This document shows, piece by piece, positions 1-14,053 of a DNA stretch of 64,000 nt. A program made the position numbers and the translations under genes. Location of the stretch: NCBI RefSeq assembly GCF_006345805.1, contig NC_043005.1:9982001-10046000 (forward strand), in the 5' to 3' direction. The stretch comes from Octopus sinensis (lineage: Eukaryota). Positions within the stretch are counted from its first letter, which is position 1; every line of letters begins with the position of its first letter. The notes beneath the pieces were generated by a model that was given only the letters and a program-made list of their open reading frames with translations, was not told the origin of the DNA and did not search any database.

Positions 1-218
1 GGCTAAGCTGCAAGAACAACAACGACAACAGCAGCACATTGAGATGTAAACATGAAGCTTCATCACTCTGCATTTTACATTGGACTTTCAAGTATTAAAC
101 ATTTTTCACCTGCAGACAATGTGTCTATACTGTACAAATATCGTATCACGCTATATTACAGAGATGAATTTAACTATAGCCTGAAAAAGAACAGAAATTC
201 ATATCACAACTTCATTAT

Positions 219-627
219 ACTCTTTTACTTGTTTCAGTCATTTGACTGCGGCCATGCTGGAGCACCGCCTTTAGTCGAGCAAATCGACCCCGAGACTTAT
301 TCTTTGTAAGCCCAGTACTTATTCTATCGGTCTCTTTTTCCGTGGGTCTCTTTTTAGGTGACGGGGACGTAAACACACCAGCATCGGTTGTCAAGCAATG
401 CTAGGGGGACAAACACAGACACACAAACACACACACACACACATATATATATATACATATATACGACAGGCTTCTTTCAGTTTCCGTCTACCAAATCCAC
501 TCACAAGGCATTGGTCGGCCCGGGGCTATAGCAGAAGACACTTGCCCAAGATGCCACGCAGTGGGACTGAACCCGCAACCATGTGGTTGGTAAGCAAGCT
601 ACTTACCACACAGCCACTCCTGCGCCT
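219..627 (-). mobile_element. tRNA-derived SINE family A (CORE-like, internal microsatellite), full length
   Basis: Reverse complement of head GGCGCAGGAGTGGCTGTGTGGTAAG with B-box GGTTCAGTCCC, CORE-like GGCATCTTGGGCAAGTG, and tail GACTGAAACAAGTAAAAGAGT; more than 10 similar copies in the window. Confidence 0.9.
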
Positions 628-1407
628 ATACTGCACATGAAGTAATAGAAGATATGGTTAAAGTGCATTTTATGGTTCTTTACATTTTAATTTCAAAACT
701 TGTCAAGGCCGAGTTTGCTTCCCAGGTGTCTATGAAATAAAATAAGTCAAGTACCGAGATCGATATAATCAATTGTACCTGTCCCTTTGAACTTTAACCG
801 TTGAGTACAAGCTCAAAGATTAAGATACAAAAATAAAGTTTAACACAAGTAAGTAAACAAGCTTTTGCTGGGTGACCTGTTGAAAAAGTTTCCTCTTTAC
901 GGAAATAAATCTGATGTCAACGAACAGGCAACATTTAACGACAAGGGATAACCAAGATTTATTTCATTTAGACCTGGGTTCTGGAACGTCTGGAAATACA
1001 GGTGTACTTTTTTTTAATAACATGTTAATAGGAAAAGCCTTTCAACACACACGTGAATAAAACACATATACACACAAAACAAACACCATACACATATTAC
1101 AATCAGTTGTATGCTCAAAATTTTCGTTTCACAACTATATGGCTTCAATACTGAGGAGTGAGTTGGGTCAATGTCCTCACTCATAGTCTTGGACCCACCA
1201 GCGACCTGTGAATTAAATTTATTGGACAGAAACTGTTTGGAAGCCTATCAGATTACCTACTGCGTTCCTTACGTAGTAAACTTAATCAGTAGTTCTGTTG
1301 AAGTCCCTTGGGAACCTTCAAAAGACGTCCACTTTGTTAGGAGAATGCAAGTCAAGACTACAGTTTGTTGACAAAAACAAAAAAGAATAAGGAGAAAATA
1401 TATAATA

Positions 1408-1802
1408 CTAGAAGTATCGCCCGGCGTTGCTCGGGTTTGTAAGGGAAATAACTATATAAGCATTTTTAGAGAGTTATAGCAAAAAGATAGCAAAAAAATG
1501 CATTAAAATGGAAAACAAATGATGGTAAATTTTTTTTTAATCGTTGACTCATCGTAGACATTTTAGAGAGTTACTTCCCTTATATAATAGCGAAAAAAAT
1601 GCATTAAAATGGAAAAAAATGGTGGTAATTTTTTTTTAAATCGTAGACTCATCGTAGACGCGCGCTAATACCTAGAAGGGTTCTATATGAATCACGACTA
1701 TAAGATACCCGGTTTTGGTTAAACTGCACCGCAAAATGTGGGAGTAGTTAGGAATCTAAATCGTAGGAGACAGACACACAACTTCTCTTTTATATATAAA
1801 GA
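1408..1802 (-). mobile_element. Non-autonomous Helitron, ~395 bp
   Basis: On the minus strand: 5' TC, 3' hairpin CCCGAGCAACGCCGGG then CTAG, inserted between A and T with no TSD; three more copies in the window. Confidence 0.9.
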
Positions 1803-1861
1803 TATTCATAGATATACACACGCATACATACATTTCAGACATGTATGCATACATACATACA

Positions 1862-1925
<64 letters not shown>

Positions 1926-1926
1926 A

Positions 1927-2200
1927 GGGGAATTCACACAAAAAAGACGAAGACAGGTGGTGTAGACAACAAGCAGCTGTATTAGTTTAACGCTTGGGAA
2001 GTAAAAAAAAAGTATTTAACGTTTCGAGCCTACGCTCCTCCACAGAAAGGAACACAGAAAGAGACAAGGAGAGAAAATAAAGAATGTGTAGTGGCTAGCG
2101 ATCTATCATGGCGAATACCGGACTGAGAAATCACACAGGAGAGCCAAGGCGAGATAATAAAGTAGTGGTGATCCCAAAACGAAGGTGCACGTGCGTATGT
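1927..2200 (-). mobile_element. Short (TA)n-embedded Penelope-like element, family alpha, with hammerhead-like motif at 2013-2050
   Basis: Homologous to 23601-23915 and 39793-39990; minus strand reads CUGUGGA-G-GAGC gtag GCUC-GAAAC-GUU. Confidence 0.55.
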
Positions 2201-2453
2201 ATAAGAGAGCATATATGTGCGTGTGTGTATGTGTAGGTGTGTGGGTGGGTGTGCATGTGTATTCACGTTTAGGTGTGGGGCTGGGAAGTGGTCAGTACTA
2301 GTGTGTGCGTGGTGGTGTGATGTGATGTGGTATTGTGTGGTATGGTGGTGCATGGTATAGTAAATCCCCCAAAAAAGAACACAAACAAGAAAAAAAAACA
2401 ACGGGAAGATGTGGTACATGGAAAGTATAAGAAGACGCGCAGGGAAAGGAAAT

Positions 2454-2490
2454 GGTTTTACGTTTCGAGCAAAGCTCTTCTTCAGAATCG
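2454..2490 (-). ncRNA. Minimal type-I hammerhead-like motif with canonical core CUGAAGA, family beta (element ~2360-2545)
   Basis: Minus strand: gatt CUGAAGA A GAGC uuu GCUC GAAA C GUA aaac; stem I imperfect in this copy. Confidence 0.6.
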
Positions 2491-2614
2491 GGAGACAGAG
2501 GAAAGTCCAAGAAGAAAGGAAGACGGAGGAAAAAATCGCCAACGATTCAAATTTGGTTACATTAGCATTAATTAATAATAGGAGATGAATATCGTGACAT
2601 CAGATATTAATATA

Positions 2615-2662
<48 letters not shown>

Positions 2663-2703
2663 AATATATATTATATATATATATATAATATATATATAAA
2701 TAT

Positions 2704-2866
2704 AGGGGCAGGACTGGCTGTTAGGTAAGTAGCTTGCTTACCAACCACATGGTTCCTGATTCAGTCCCACTACGTGGCACCTTGGGCAAGTGGCTTCTGC
2801 TATCGTCTCGGGCCGACCAAGCCTTCTGCGTGGATTTGGTAGACAGAAACTGAAAGCGGTCCGTCG

Positions 2867-2934
<68 letters not shown>

Positions 2935-2974
2935 ATATATAATACTATATATATATATAGATATATATGTATAC

Positions 2975-3024
<50 letters not shown>

Positions 3025-3078
3025 ATATATGTAATATATATATATATGTATATATATGTATATATATATATATGTAAA

Positions 3079-3117
<39 letters not shown>

Positions 3118-3549
3118 ATATATATATATGATATATATATATATATATATATTATAATATATATATATATATGTTGTGTGTGTGTGTGTGTGTTGTGTGG
3201 TGTGTGTGAAGGCGCATGGCTCTGTGGTTAGAACGTGGAGCTTAGGATCCTGAGGTTGTGAGCTCGAATCCCGGACCGGGCTGCGTGTTGTGTTCTTGAG
3301 CAAGACACTTTATTTCACATTGCTCCAGTCCACTCATCTTTAAAAATGAGTTGCAAAGTCACAGGTGCCAAACTGCATCGGCCCCTTTGCCTTTCCCTTG
3401 GATAAAACTGGTGGCGTGGAGAGGGGAGGCCGGTATGCATTGGCGACTGCTGGTCTTCCATCCACAACCTTGCTCGGACTTGTGCCTGGGAGGGTAACTT
3501 TCTAGGTGCAATCCCATGGTCTGTGTCGTGACCGAAGGGTTCTCAGAAT

Positions 3550-3629
<80 letters not shown>

Positions 3630-3952
3630 TATGTATGTATATGCATGTATGTATATATAAAGTAAAAAGTAAAAAGTAAAAGAGTCAAAAGGAAGAGTAA
3701 GTACATCTCAATTATATATGTGTGTGTGTGCATGTGCATTTGTGTGTGTGTATTTGTGTGTGTGTGTGTGTGTGTTTCTGCCTCTGTGTTTCACCCCCAC
3801 ATTCGCTTGACAACGATGCTGGTGTGTTTACCTCCCCATAACTTAGCAGTTCAGCAAAAGAATAAGTCCTGCGATGGATTTGTTCGACTAAAGGCGGTGC
3901 TCTAGCATGGCCGCAGTCAAATGACTGAGCCAAATAAAAGAATACAAGAATA
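2704..3952 (+). mobile_element. SINE family A split by (TA)n expansion and a nested family B SINE
   Basis: Head half at 2704-2868 and tail half at ~3770-3952 are separated by (TA)n and by the insert at 3208-3544. Confidence 0.8.
3208..3544 (+). mobile_element. tRNA-derived CORE-type SINE family B
   Basis: A-box TGGCTCTGTGG, B-box GCTCGAATCCC, CORE-like TTGAGCAAGACACTTTATTTCACATTGCTCCAGTCCACTCA; copies at 41120 and 45322. Confidence 0.85.
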
Positions 3953-3958
3953 AACGAA

Positions 3959-3991
<33 letters not shown>

Positions 3992-4099
3992 AGAGAGAGA
4001 GAGAGAGGGAGAGATAATAGAGATAGCTAGATATACATATATACATACATTAATACATACATACATACATACATACATACATACATACATACTACATAC

Positions 4100-4150
<51 letters not shown>

Positions 4151-5330
4151 TATATATATATATATAGATAACATATATATATATACATATATACATAAAA
4201 TATGCAGGTGAATATAAAATGACTGCTTTCTTTTCGGTATCAAAAATGAATATACAAATGTTCAATCAAAGACTTTCTTATTCAGTTGGTGAGTAATGTA
4301 GCTGAGTATTGCACAGACATCTGTAATCTTAATGCATTTCTCGAGCAGAACCTTTATGTTAGAATGCGTAACAAAGCGAAAAGATTAGATTCCGTCCAAC
4401 TGGCTTTTGAACGAGTCACTTCGATCCATTCTCACCAATATTGTTTGAGCCAACCTGACACCGTTGCAACTCAGTGCAAATTAACTCGGTATCTCATTAT
4501 TGTAAAGTAAATATCGGAACTGCTCGGTGACGCTCTTTGCCCATTTGAAAATACATGCTTACATAAGTATTACACATATATAATTTTATGTAGTGGCGTG
4601 TAGTTTAGTGGTTATGATGTTGCGCTTGTGATCTTAACATTGTGGTTTCCATTCGTGGTCCAGACAATTCTTTATATCTTGTTGCTCTAGTTCACTCATC
4701 TGGCAACAATACGCAATCCTGTGACGAACCAACGTCCTATCCAGTTGGGAAATATACACGCTACAGCATCCTGCCTTATGAGTCAATGGCTCAAAAAGGA
4801 CCTTTGTTCATTTGTCATATTTGCGAATACATATAAAGCGATAATGCATAAAACGTCAGTATATATATATGTGTTTGTATGAATGTGTGTGCGTTTGTTT
4901 GTGTTTGTCGGTGTGTATGGGTTTGTATGTGTGTGTTAATTAAGACCTCAAACAACTAGAGGTTGTTAAACTTCAACATGTCATAAACATAGCAGTAAAT
5001 TCAGTGAAAGAAGCTTAAATGTATACACATTATCGGTACAAATGATCCTTATGAGAAACGCATATTTAGAATAATAGGCAGGCGAGTATAAATTTCATTG
5101 TTAGAGCTTTTTTTATTTAAATTCAACATCCGTTTCATTAGGAATACGCATAAGTATATCTATAATTACGTAATTAAGATACATAATAAATGAAAATTAA
5201 TATAAATTCATTTAAAGCAAAGCTTATTCAAACCACCGGGAATACAACCGGCTACGCGAACTAATTGTATTTATTTATGTATGTATGTGTTTATATATAC
5301 ATACATATAATGAAGTCTATATTATGGAAA

Positions 5331-5667
5331 ATTCCGCCGAGGTCGACTTTGCCTTTCATCCTTTCGGGGTCGAGAAATAAAGTACCAGTTTCTCACTGGG
5401 GTCGATGCAATTGACTTAATCCGTTTGTCTGTCCTAGTTTGTCTCTTCTGTGTTTATCCCCTTGTGGGTAGTAAAGAAATAAGTATTTCGTCTGCCGCTA
5501 CGTTCTGAGTTCAAATTCCGCCGAGGTCGACTTTGACTTTCATCCTTTCGGGGTCGATTAAATAAGTACCAGTTACGCACTGGGGTCGATATAATCAACT
5601 TAATCCGTTTGTCTGTCCTTGTTTGTCCCTTCTATGTTTAGCCCCTTGTGGGTAGTAAAGAAATATA
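5331..5667 (+). mobile_element. SINE family C dimer: 5'-truncated unit plus a 184-bp unit
   Basis: Units join at AAAGAAATA|AGTATTTCG (5481/5482); the whole dimer is flanked by TATATTATGGAAA at 5318-5330 and 5668-5680. Confidence 0.85.
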
Positions 5668-6344
5668 TATATTATGGAAATGATGTAATTCACTTAATAT
5701 TTCAATACACACAGGGCGATGAGATGAGTATCGGGTTAAAAATGAAAACAACATTCGTTTTTAAAGTATGACAATCCAAGAAAATCTACATTGGGCTAGT
5801 TACATAGGAAATGTTTATGATAACCTTCATCAATAACATTCATCTTTATTCAACATCGATTTCCAAATCTATAATATACTTACTCCATTCTAATTTTAGA
5901 GCTGGTGAGCAATGATTCTTTCCCGCCAATAAGTCAGTAAACGAATTATTTTAGGATTTCGAGCTTAACTTCATGCTAGACAAACACAAGCAATTCCTGA
6001 TGTAGAGGAATATATTTTACAAGTTGGATGTATATTTGCTATGCTGCACCCGGCAATCGCGTAGAGATTGCTCTTCTGAATTAGACGGTAAATATACATG
6101 GAGAATTGAATTAGGAACACTTAGTAACAACATCAGCAGCAGCAGCAGCAGCAACATGGACGACAGATACTTATGGGAGACAGACAAGATCAATGTAAAG
6201 TTCTTTCAATCAGTTGAATAGAAATTATCTGTGGGATAATTGCATTTAAGTTCATTGAAAAGACATAAAAAAAAATAAATAACTGTATTTCCTGCATGTT
6301 AAAATCATATAAATAATATCGCCAAACAAATGGTAGACATACGC

Positions 6345-7400
6345 ACAGACACAGACACACACACACATACACACACACATACACACACACACACTCTCTC
6401 TCTCTCACGCATACACACACACACACAGACACACACACACATACACACACACACACATACAACACACACTCTCTCTCTCTCACGCATACCAACACAACAC
6501 ATACACACACACATACACACACACATACAACACACACACACACACTCTCTCTCTCTCACGCATACACAGACACACACAGACACACACACACATACACACA
6601 CTCTCTCTCTCTCACGCATACACATACACAGACACACACATACACACACACACACACACTCTCTCTCTCTCACGCATACACATACACAGACACACACATA
6701 CATACACACACACACATACACACACACTCTCTCTCTCTCACGCATACACATACACAGACACACACACATACACACACACACACACACTCTCTCTCTCTCA
6801 CGCATACACACACACAGACACACACACACATACACACACACACATACACACACACTCTCTCTCTCTCACGCATACACACACACACACAGACACACACACA
6901 CATACACACACACATACACACACACACACTCTCTCTCTCTCACGCATACACAGACACACACAGACACACACACACACATACACACACAACACACACCACA
7001 CACATACACACACACTCTCTCTCTCACGCATACACATACACAGACACACACACATACACACACAACACACACACTCTCTCTCTCTCACGCATACACACAC
7101 ACAGACACACACACACATACACACAACACACATACACACACTCTCTCTCTCTCACGCATACACACACACACACAGACACACACACACATACACACACACA
7201 TACACACACACACACTCTCTCTCTCTCACGCATACACAGACACACACAGACACACACACACATACACACACACACATACACACACACTCTCTCTCTCTCA
7301 CGCATACACAGACACACACAGACACACACACACATACACACCACTCTCTCTCTCACGCATACACATACACAGACACACACATACATACACACACACTCAC
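6345..7400. repeat. Higher-order minisatellite built from (CA)n and (CT)n blocks
   Basis: About 16 recurrences of the anchor CTCTCTCACGCATACAC at ~55-75 bp spacing; source of the 487-aa TH-repeat ORF. Confidence 0.9.
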
Positions 7401-7586
7401 GCATACACATACACATACACACGCGCGCGCGCATACGCACATGCTCACGCATACACACACATATATCTAGATACGAATATGTTTACATATATAACATATA
7501 TGTATAGATACATACGTGCACAGACATTTATGTATTTACAAATGCACACACACGCACACATACGCACACACATATCTGCTGTTATG

Positions 7587-7622
<36 letters not shown>

Positions 7623-7700
7623 TTGGTGTGTGTGTGTATATATATATTATATATATATATATATACATACACATATACATATATATATATATTTGTTTTG

Positions 7701-7731
<31 letters not shown>

Positions 7732-8339
7732 AGTATAAAGAGAGAGAAAGAAAGAGTGAGAGGGACACATATCAAATATATATGTATGTATGAATATATA
7801 ATGCATGTATAGTTTATATTATGTGTGTGTGTGTGTGCGTATATTCCTTTGTAGTTATATATAATGTGTGTGAGATGAGATTGTGTGGTTTATGCTGTTG
7901 ATTATGTGAGTAAGAAAGGGGTGTTTGGTCGACTTCCAAGTTTTTATATTTTGCCACCAGACAGAAATATCTATGGAAGCATGTATTTGAAATAATTGTT
8001 GACCTGGAAGTCTTTGAGTGGTGCAAGGGTTCATTGGTGAGTCATACATTACATTGATTCCCCAGGGAAAAGGCGGAATCGATCAGAATATTTGGCTGAT
8101 ATATAGTGGAAGGTTGAACAAATGTTTCAATTAGTTTACATTTATGTATGTCTATTTAACTATTTGTCTAGCAAAGTGATAGTTTTTAATGTTCTAACAA
8201 CAAATCAAGAATAATAATTGTTTCTAACATAGGCACAAGGCCAGCGATTTGGTAGGAACGGCTTATTTGATTACACTGTCCTCATTACTTCACTGGTACT
8301 TATTTTATTAAGCTCTTGATGACTTCAATTTCGATGTAA

Positions 8340-9792
8340 GACAAGGGTGTGTCTCAGACGTATGTATCGACCCCAACTGGCATTTGTATATTTTCAATCG
8401 TCTACTGAGCAGAAAATCCTTAGCGCCCTCAAAAACTACAACTTGGCTTTTTGCCCTCTAACGTCACTATCAAAGCGGAGCCATTTGGAAATCCGGTCAG
8501 GACGGAAATAGCTCCCAATTCTCAATTCATTCGCATTAATAGATCCATGCCTCTATAACCCAAACAGTTTTCTTGGAGCATCTGGTGCACTTCCGAAGGT
8601 GCCTTATCTTCGTCAACGGGCCAGACATCCATCACCAACCACCAGATACGTATTACTACTAACATATCTATCAGGCTCACTTTCACAACTCGTTTGTCTA
8701 TATATGATGGCATATGAACTCTTCATTGTTAACTGGGGCTGTGGGAAAATTCTTCGTTTCGAATTCAGACACAAATTTAACATCATGACGAAAGTTGTTT
8801 TGTTTCCACATAGGCCCCAGACAACTTTCTTATTTCTTTACTGCCCACAAGGGGCTACGCAGAGAGGACAAACGGATTAAGTCGATTATATCGACCCCAG
8901 TGCGTAACTGGTACTTATTTAATCAACCCCGTAAAGATGAAAGGCAAAGTTGACCTCGGCAGAATTTGAACTCAGAACTTAGCGGCAGACGAAATACTGC
9001 TAAGCATTTCATCCGGCGTGCTAACGTTTCGGCCAGTTCGCTGCCTTATAACACAACTTTCTGTCTGCCTTTGGCTGTTTCTTTGAACCTGCACAACATA
9101 ACGGTACCACTAGGTTTACTTTTCTTCCACTTCTTTTTAAGGTACTAATTCCCTTTCTTTTATTACTTTTCTCTGCGACTCAAGTCTTTCTGTGACGCAA
9201 GCTGCGTTGTCAAAGGATCTTGTTGGTTAAAATACCTCTGTGTTGTGGCAACTCTGACTTGATTCGGTGATGGATTTGACGGCTGTAGTGGAAAGACCAT
9301 TTGTGGTTGTGTTATTGGTTATTGTTACCACAAGGATTGCGTGTTCATAGTTGTCTGCTGCTACGGTGGTGTAGTGGGGGTGGTGGTTGATGGTGGCAGT
9401 GATAGTACTGCTATGACTGCTGAACTTTGAGGTGACCTAGCGACGGCGGTGTTGTTGTTTTTTGTTAGGTGTTTTTGTGCTTGCAGCTGTTGTGGTTGCT
9501 GCTGTTTGTGTTGTTGCCGTTACTCTCATGTGCTGAGGTGGTGGTGGTGGTGGTGGCGGCGGTGGCGGCGGCGGCGGCGGCGGAGGGGTGACAGCGGCAT
9601 CGTGGGTTGTGTTTGACAGATTGTTTTTATTGTTGGTGTAGTTCTTTTTTTGTGTGGTGTGTTGTCCGTGTTGTTGTTGTTGTTGGACTACATGTAGGGT
9701 TAACAGTAGGAATAGCGAAATGAAATTCTGGGAAATAATTCTCGTAGTCGTTGTTCGAATAGTCAACCATATCTAATATTTTCGGCGCCATG
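8340..9792 (-). pseudogene. Degraded ORF1 (gag-like) of a Tx1/L1-clade LINE, interrupted by a SINE
   Basis: Minus-strand reading MPSYIDKRVVKVSL...GMDLLMRMN*ELGAISVLTGFPNGSALIVTLEGKKPSCSF*GR*GF resembles the VEGRxPxCxxCGxxGH knuckle region of Tx1-type ORF1; low-complexity Pro/Thr N-terminal part; multiple stops. Recognition from memory. Confidence 0.4.
8831..9046 (-). mobile_element. SINE family C monomer
   Basis: tRNA-like head and central GCCTTTCATCxTTxCGGGGTxGAT..AAGTACCAG domain (Meta/MESC-like, from memory); probable TSD ACAACTTTCT at 8821-8830 and 9053-9062. Confidence 0.85.
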
Positions 9793-9879
9793 TTTGTCTT
9801 CTATAATAATCTTTGTCTTTATATTGTTGTGTCAGTATCAGGTATGGCAAATGAGGTTTTTTTTAAATATGTAATCCAA

Positions 9880-10810
9880 CGATGTCCGGTCTCACTGGCC
9901 CAGCTGGTTTTTCTCTTGTCGGTGGAATTTTACCGTGTCCTTATCTGCAAGGCTCTCCACAACACAACCGAACCTACTGCGATCAAGACGCGCGAGGTGG
10001 CCTACGCAGTATGGATCCAGCTCGGCCGGCCCATGTCCCGCTGACGCTCATCCACTTCTCACTTGTGCAGAGTCTTGTCCTCTCAACAGAAATGGGACGA
10101 CATCCAGTGAAGCATCATTTCGGACGAATTAGTGCGTCGACTTGACCAGCACCGTCTCGGAGCCTCACAGCGGAGGCTGACATAATGCGGTGACATCATT
10201 TGCGACCGACACTCAGCTTGATAGCGACTGTTTGAGCATCGGCGTTGTCCTGAGGATTGATATCCAGATCAGTGAGCCCTACAAATGCCGCTGCGAATCC
10301 ATTGTGAGTTCTTTCGGCCTCCACCCATTGCCATACCATCATGGTGCTCGCTGCCTTCACGCCATGCCACCCTCAACGAAATCATAAATCATGGCCTAAA
10401 CGCTATCCCAGTATATCCCAGCTAAAGTCAGCAGAGATACACTGTGGTGGCGGTAAAAGGCGTGACGTTAGGCCAATATTCCCGTTCCATGGCGGTAGGC
10501 CCCTCATCTGGAATGCCACCAGCTATGATACCTTATTGAGCGGAAACTTGTTGTCAGCTATCAGTCCAGGCTCCGCTGCTGTCCAGACTAAGAAAAGTAA
10601 ACTGTCAAAGTATCGGCCGCTTTCTGACAGGTTTATGGTCGAGCCTGTGGCAGTGAAGACTTACGACACACTCGGCCCCCGGTCGATATCCTTGCTCCCC
10701 GCAAAGGGGGTGGAGATGGCTTTCCGCATGCGGGGTCCCCGTGAGTCAGAGTAGCTGTTCCTGCGCATCTTTCTCGCCTTCTGCAACGCAATACCTTCTC
10801 CATCTCGTCT
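9880..10810 (+). pseudogene. Degraded 3' part of an RLE-type non-LTR retrotransposon (CRE-like)
   Basis: Frameshifted segments QKWDDIQ, EPYKCRCESIVSSFGLH (CCHC-like finger), HATLNEII, GKRRDVRPIFPFHGGRPLIWNATSYDT (degenerate R-PD...D nuclease motif), KLSKYRPLSDRFMVEPVAVKTYDTLGP. Confidence 0.8.
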
Positions 10811-12817
10811 GCTGGGGCCTTCGGACGATCGTAATAATAGGAAGTCGAGAGAATGTAGGTTTTTCGTAGCTTAACTACACGAACTATCCACTTATGCAAT
10901 CCCGTTAATACACAATGGTTTATTTTGTAATGAACTAATAAAAGGCCTAAAGATTGAAGATCTTGGTGAAGTAGCGCAAGCACGGTTCAGTAGTTTAGAG
11001 GCTTACTTCATTCAAACTACATGGCATTGGATTCTATTCCAGCGCACGGCACCTTGGGTAAGTATCTTCGACCATCCCCTTGAGTCAGCCAAAACATTGT
11101 GACTTGACTGTGGTAGACATCAAATGAAACTACTCTTCCGAAGAACAGTTTAACTTCATGGCTAACAGCTTTTATCTATTTCTCTGTTGAACACGACCAT
11201 TACACTCAATGACAACAAAACCTGTCATAATGCATTCTGCTGCAAGTACTGCTATCCATTTTATAATATCATAATACAAGGTGGCGAGGGGCCAGAATCG
11301 TGAGCACGCCGGGCAAAATGCTTAGCGGCATTTCGTCCGTCTTTACGTTTTTGAGTTCAAATTCTACAGAGGTGAACTTTGCCATTCGTCGTTTCAGGGT
11401 TGATAAAATAAGTACCAGTGAAACATTGAGGTCAATGTAATCGATTCACCCCTTATTCCGAGATGGCCTTGTGCTAAAATTTGAAACCATTATATCTTAA
11501 TACAATACGTAGCATAATTTCAGAGTATCATACATAATGCACTCACATAGTATCGTAATACTCTCTATTGCAGGACGCGATCTCTAGTATAAAAATAATT
11601 TCATTACTTCGGCCATTCTTAGGGATCTTAAAATGGGTTGTGGGGTCGCATTTTCACTACTAAATGAGAAGTAAAAAGAAAAAAAAAACCTAATGAAAAA
11701 AGAACACAATAGCATATTAAAAGCCCTCTCTCCATCTCGATGTTTTGAGTTTGGTTCCTACATATGACGACATCGTTTTCATCCCCTCCACAGTTTTTCC
11801 CTTTTTTTCTGTTGTAGCATTTATTGTGCACCAGTGCAGGGCCAGTCCTGTTTTTGAATTTTTCCTATCGATTTATTGTTTTCGGTGGTGCTTCACTCCG
11901 GTTAACATCAAGGGTTTATCATTGTTAGTAAGATCCTGTTAACCTTGTTTCCTACTATGTTGGAGACCAGTAGTAAGAGAGAATTTCAACTCAGAATGAA
12001 AAAACAGAACAGATACCGCAGCACATCCCATCCGACTCGACACATTAACAATTCCGCCAATGTACCACACTAGACTGATACTGAGCCTCTCGAACCCGAA
12101 AGGATGAAAAGTTGACCTGCCGGAACGAATATCACAAATTATTTTATCCGACATCATAATGAAACTGTTAATTCACCGCTTTGCCCATTCTCGCTCTGTA
12201 CTGAGACAGATTTCATCGACGATACGTCTTCGGTAGTAACGTCTGCTCTCGTTTGGCCTCACGCCAGTGTTTTAATTCAGTTTGATGATGCTTCCATCTC
12301 TAATACTGGCACAGAACCAGAAGTTCTGCGAGTGAGGAATATTGAATTTAATCATCTCCCCGCTATATTTCACTGGTACTCATTAACATCGTACATACTA
12401 AAAAGAAGAGCATTATGGAGTCACCCAATCTACCAGAAATAGTACGTAAGTTCCTTCAAATCTCGTCCGACTGCCTCAACGAATGAAACAAGATGGAAGA
12501 CAATTATGGTCATAATTAAAATGGTCAATTAAAATGACCAATACTGATCTATGACTGAAACAACAAAAGCAATAACAACTGGTTGTCGTTTCAGATGCCC
12601 GCGAAAGGATTACAGGTAGTCATTTTCTGTGAAATACGAACTGTGAACTTTGCAGGACATAACTAAATACAACTTGGCACTCAATACAGAGGTCCACCTA
12701 TTCTGACATCCAACGGTCTATTAATAACAAAGATGGAGTCTCCTGCCGAAAACGGCGTATTAGCATTCAGCCCAGTCTTTGCCGAACAACCTGCGCAGAA
12801 GATTTCGATTTATACAA

Positions 12818-13214
12818 TCTTTATATATAAAAGTGAGGTTGTGTGCTGTCTGTCTCCTACGATTTAGATTCCTAACTACTCCCACATTTTGCGGTGCAGT
12901 TTAACCAAAACCGGGTATCTTATAGTCGTGATTCATATCAAGCCCTTCTGGGTATTAGCGCGCGTCTACGATGAGTCTACGATTAAAAAAAAATTTACCA
13001 TCAATTTTTCCCAATTTTAATGCATTTTTTGGCATATATAAGGGAAGTAACTCTCTAAAAATTTATTATTAAATCTCAGAACGTAAAAAGCTACAGTAAC
13101 ACCCCCCCATTTGTGGTTAGCCATATTGAGATGGCTATTATACTTTACATCTCTAAAAATGCTTATATAGTTATTTCCCTTACAAACCCGAGCAACGCCG
13201 GGCGATACTGCTAG
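12818..13214 (+). mobile_element. Non-autonomous Helitron, ~397 bp
   Basis: a|TCTTTATATATAAAAG ... CCCGAGCAACGCCGGGCGATACTGCTAG|t. Confidence 0.9.
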
Positions 13215-13543
13215 TTAATACATAAAAATTGAAATTAGAATTAGAATTAATATTAAAATTAAAATTAAAATTTTAATTTCAATTTTTATGTATTAATTGT
13301 ATTAATCGTATTATATTTTCTACATAATTAATGACAATATGCATTTGAATCAACTCTTCGATTTAAGGTTTTTCCTCGATTTTTATGATTTATATTGAAC
13401 TCATTTATTTTGTTTCGTTTATTTTGTTTATCGCTTGCCTATGACCATTATTTGAAAGGACCAATGAAACAAATCCATTTTTAAAGGTGTATCGTTTAGC
13501 TAGATTTGATCAAATTGTTATTTCGGTTCAGTTTTAACAAAAA

Positions 13544-13581
13544 CTGTCCGACGAACGGGAACGTGAAACTCCGAGTAACAG
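13544..13581 (+). ncRNA. Minimal type-I hammerhead-like motif, family gamma, core CCGACGA
   Basis: CTGT CCGACGA ACG ggaa CGT GAAA CTC c GAG TA ACAG: stems I, II and III all pair, GUA cleavage triplet; second copy at 39725-39762. Confidence 0.65.
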
Positions 13582-13689
13582 CTTTTGTTATATTTCTGCT
13601 GCTTTTAAATAAAACATATTACTCTACCTCTGGTATTTGAGAACTCTTTTTTTTCACCTGGTTTCACATTTATGTGCTTACTCCGGTAT

Positions 13690-13749
<60 letters not shown>

Positions 13750-13859
13750 ATATATATATAGTTAATCCAAACAAGAAAACACAAAAAAAAACACAGCAAT
13801 GCGAGGACGTGGAACAAATAAAGTATTATTGGACGCTCAGGAAGAAGGGAAGAAGAAGA

Positions 13860-13894
13860 GTTTAACGTTTCGAGCGGAGCTCTTCGTCGGAAAC
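13860..13894 (-). ncRNA. Hammerhead-like motif, family beta (element ~13760-13970)
   Basis: Minus strand: GUUU CCGACGA A GAGC ucc GCUC GAAAC GUU AAAC. Confidence 0.6.
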
Positions 13895-14008
13895 ATAGGA
13901 GAAGGAAAGATTCCGAGAAGGGAAGATAGAGGAAAAAAAAATGGCTGGCGGTGCTCACGAGGTCACATGTATGTATGTATAAATATATATCTCTAAGAAA
14001 ATGTTTGT

Positions 14009-14053
<45 letters not shown>

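Noticed and set aside
6330-7793. 487-aa ORF and the many other long ORFs (TH, YV/CM, poly-L/T/V/D/N)
   Set aside because: They are translations of microsatellites that lack stop codons by composition; no coding signal.
13215-13296. 23-bp AT-rich inverted repeat next to a Helitron 3' end
   Set aside because: Real but low complexity, with no second copy and no functional clue.
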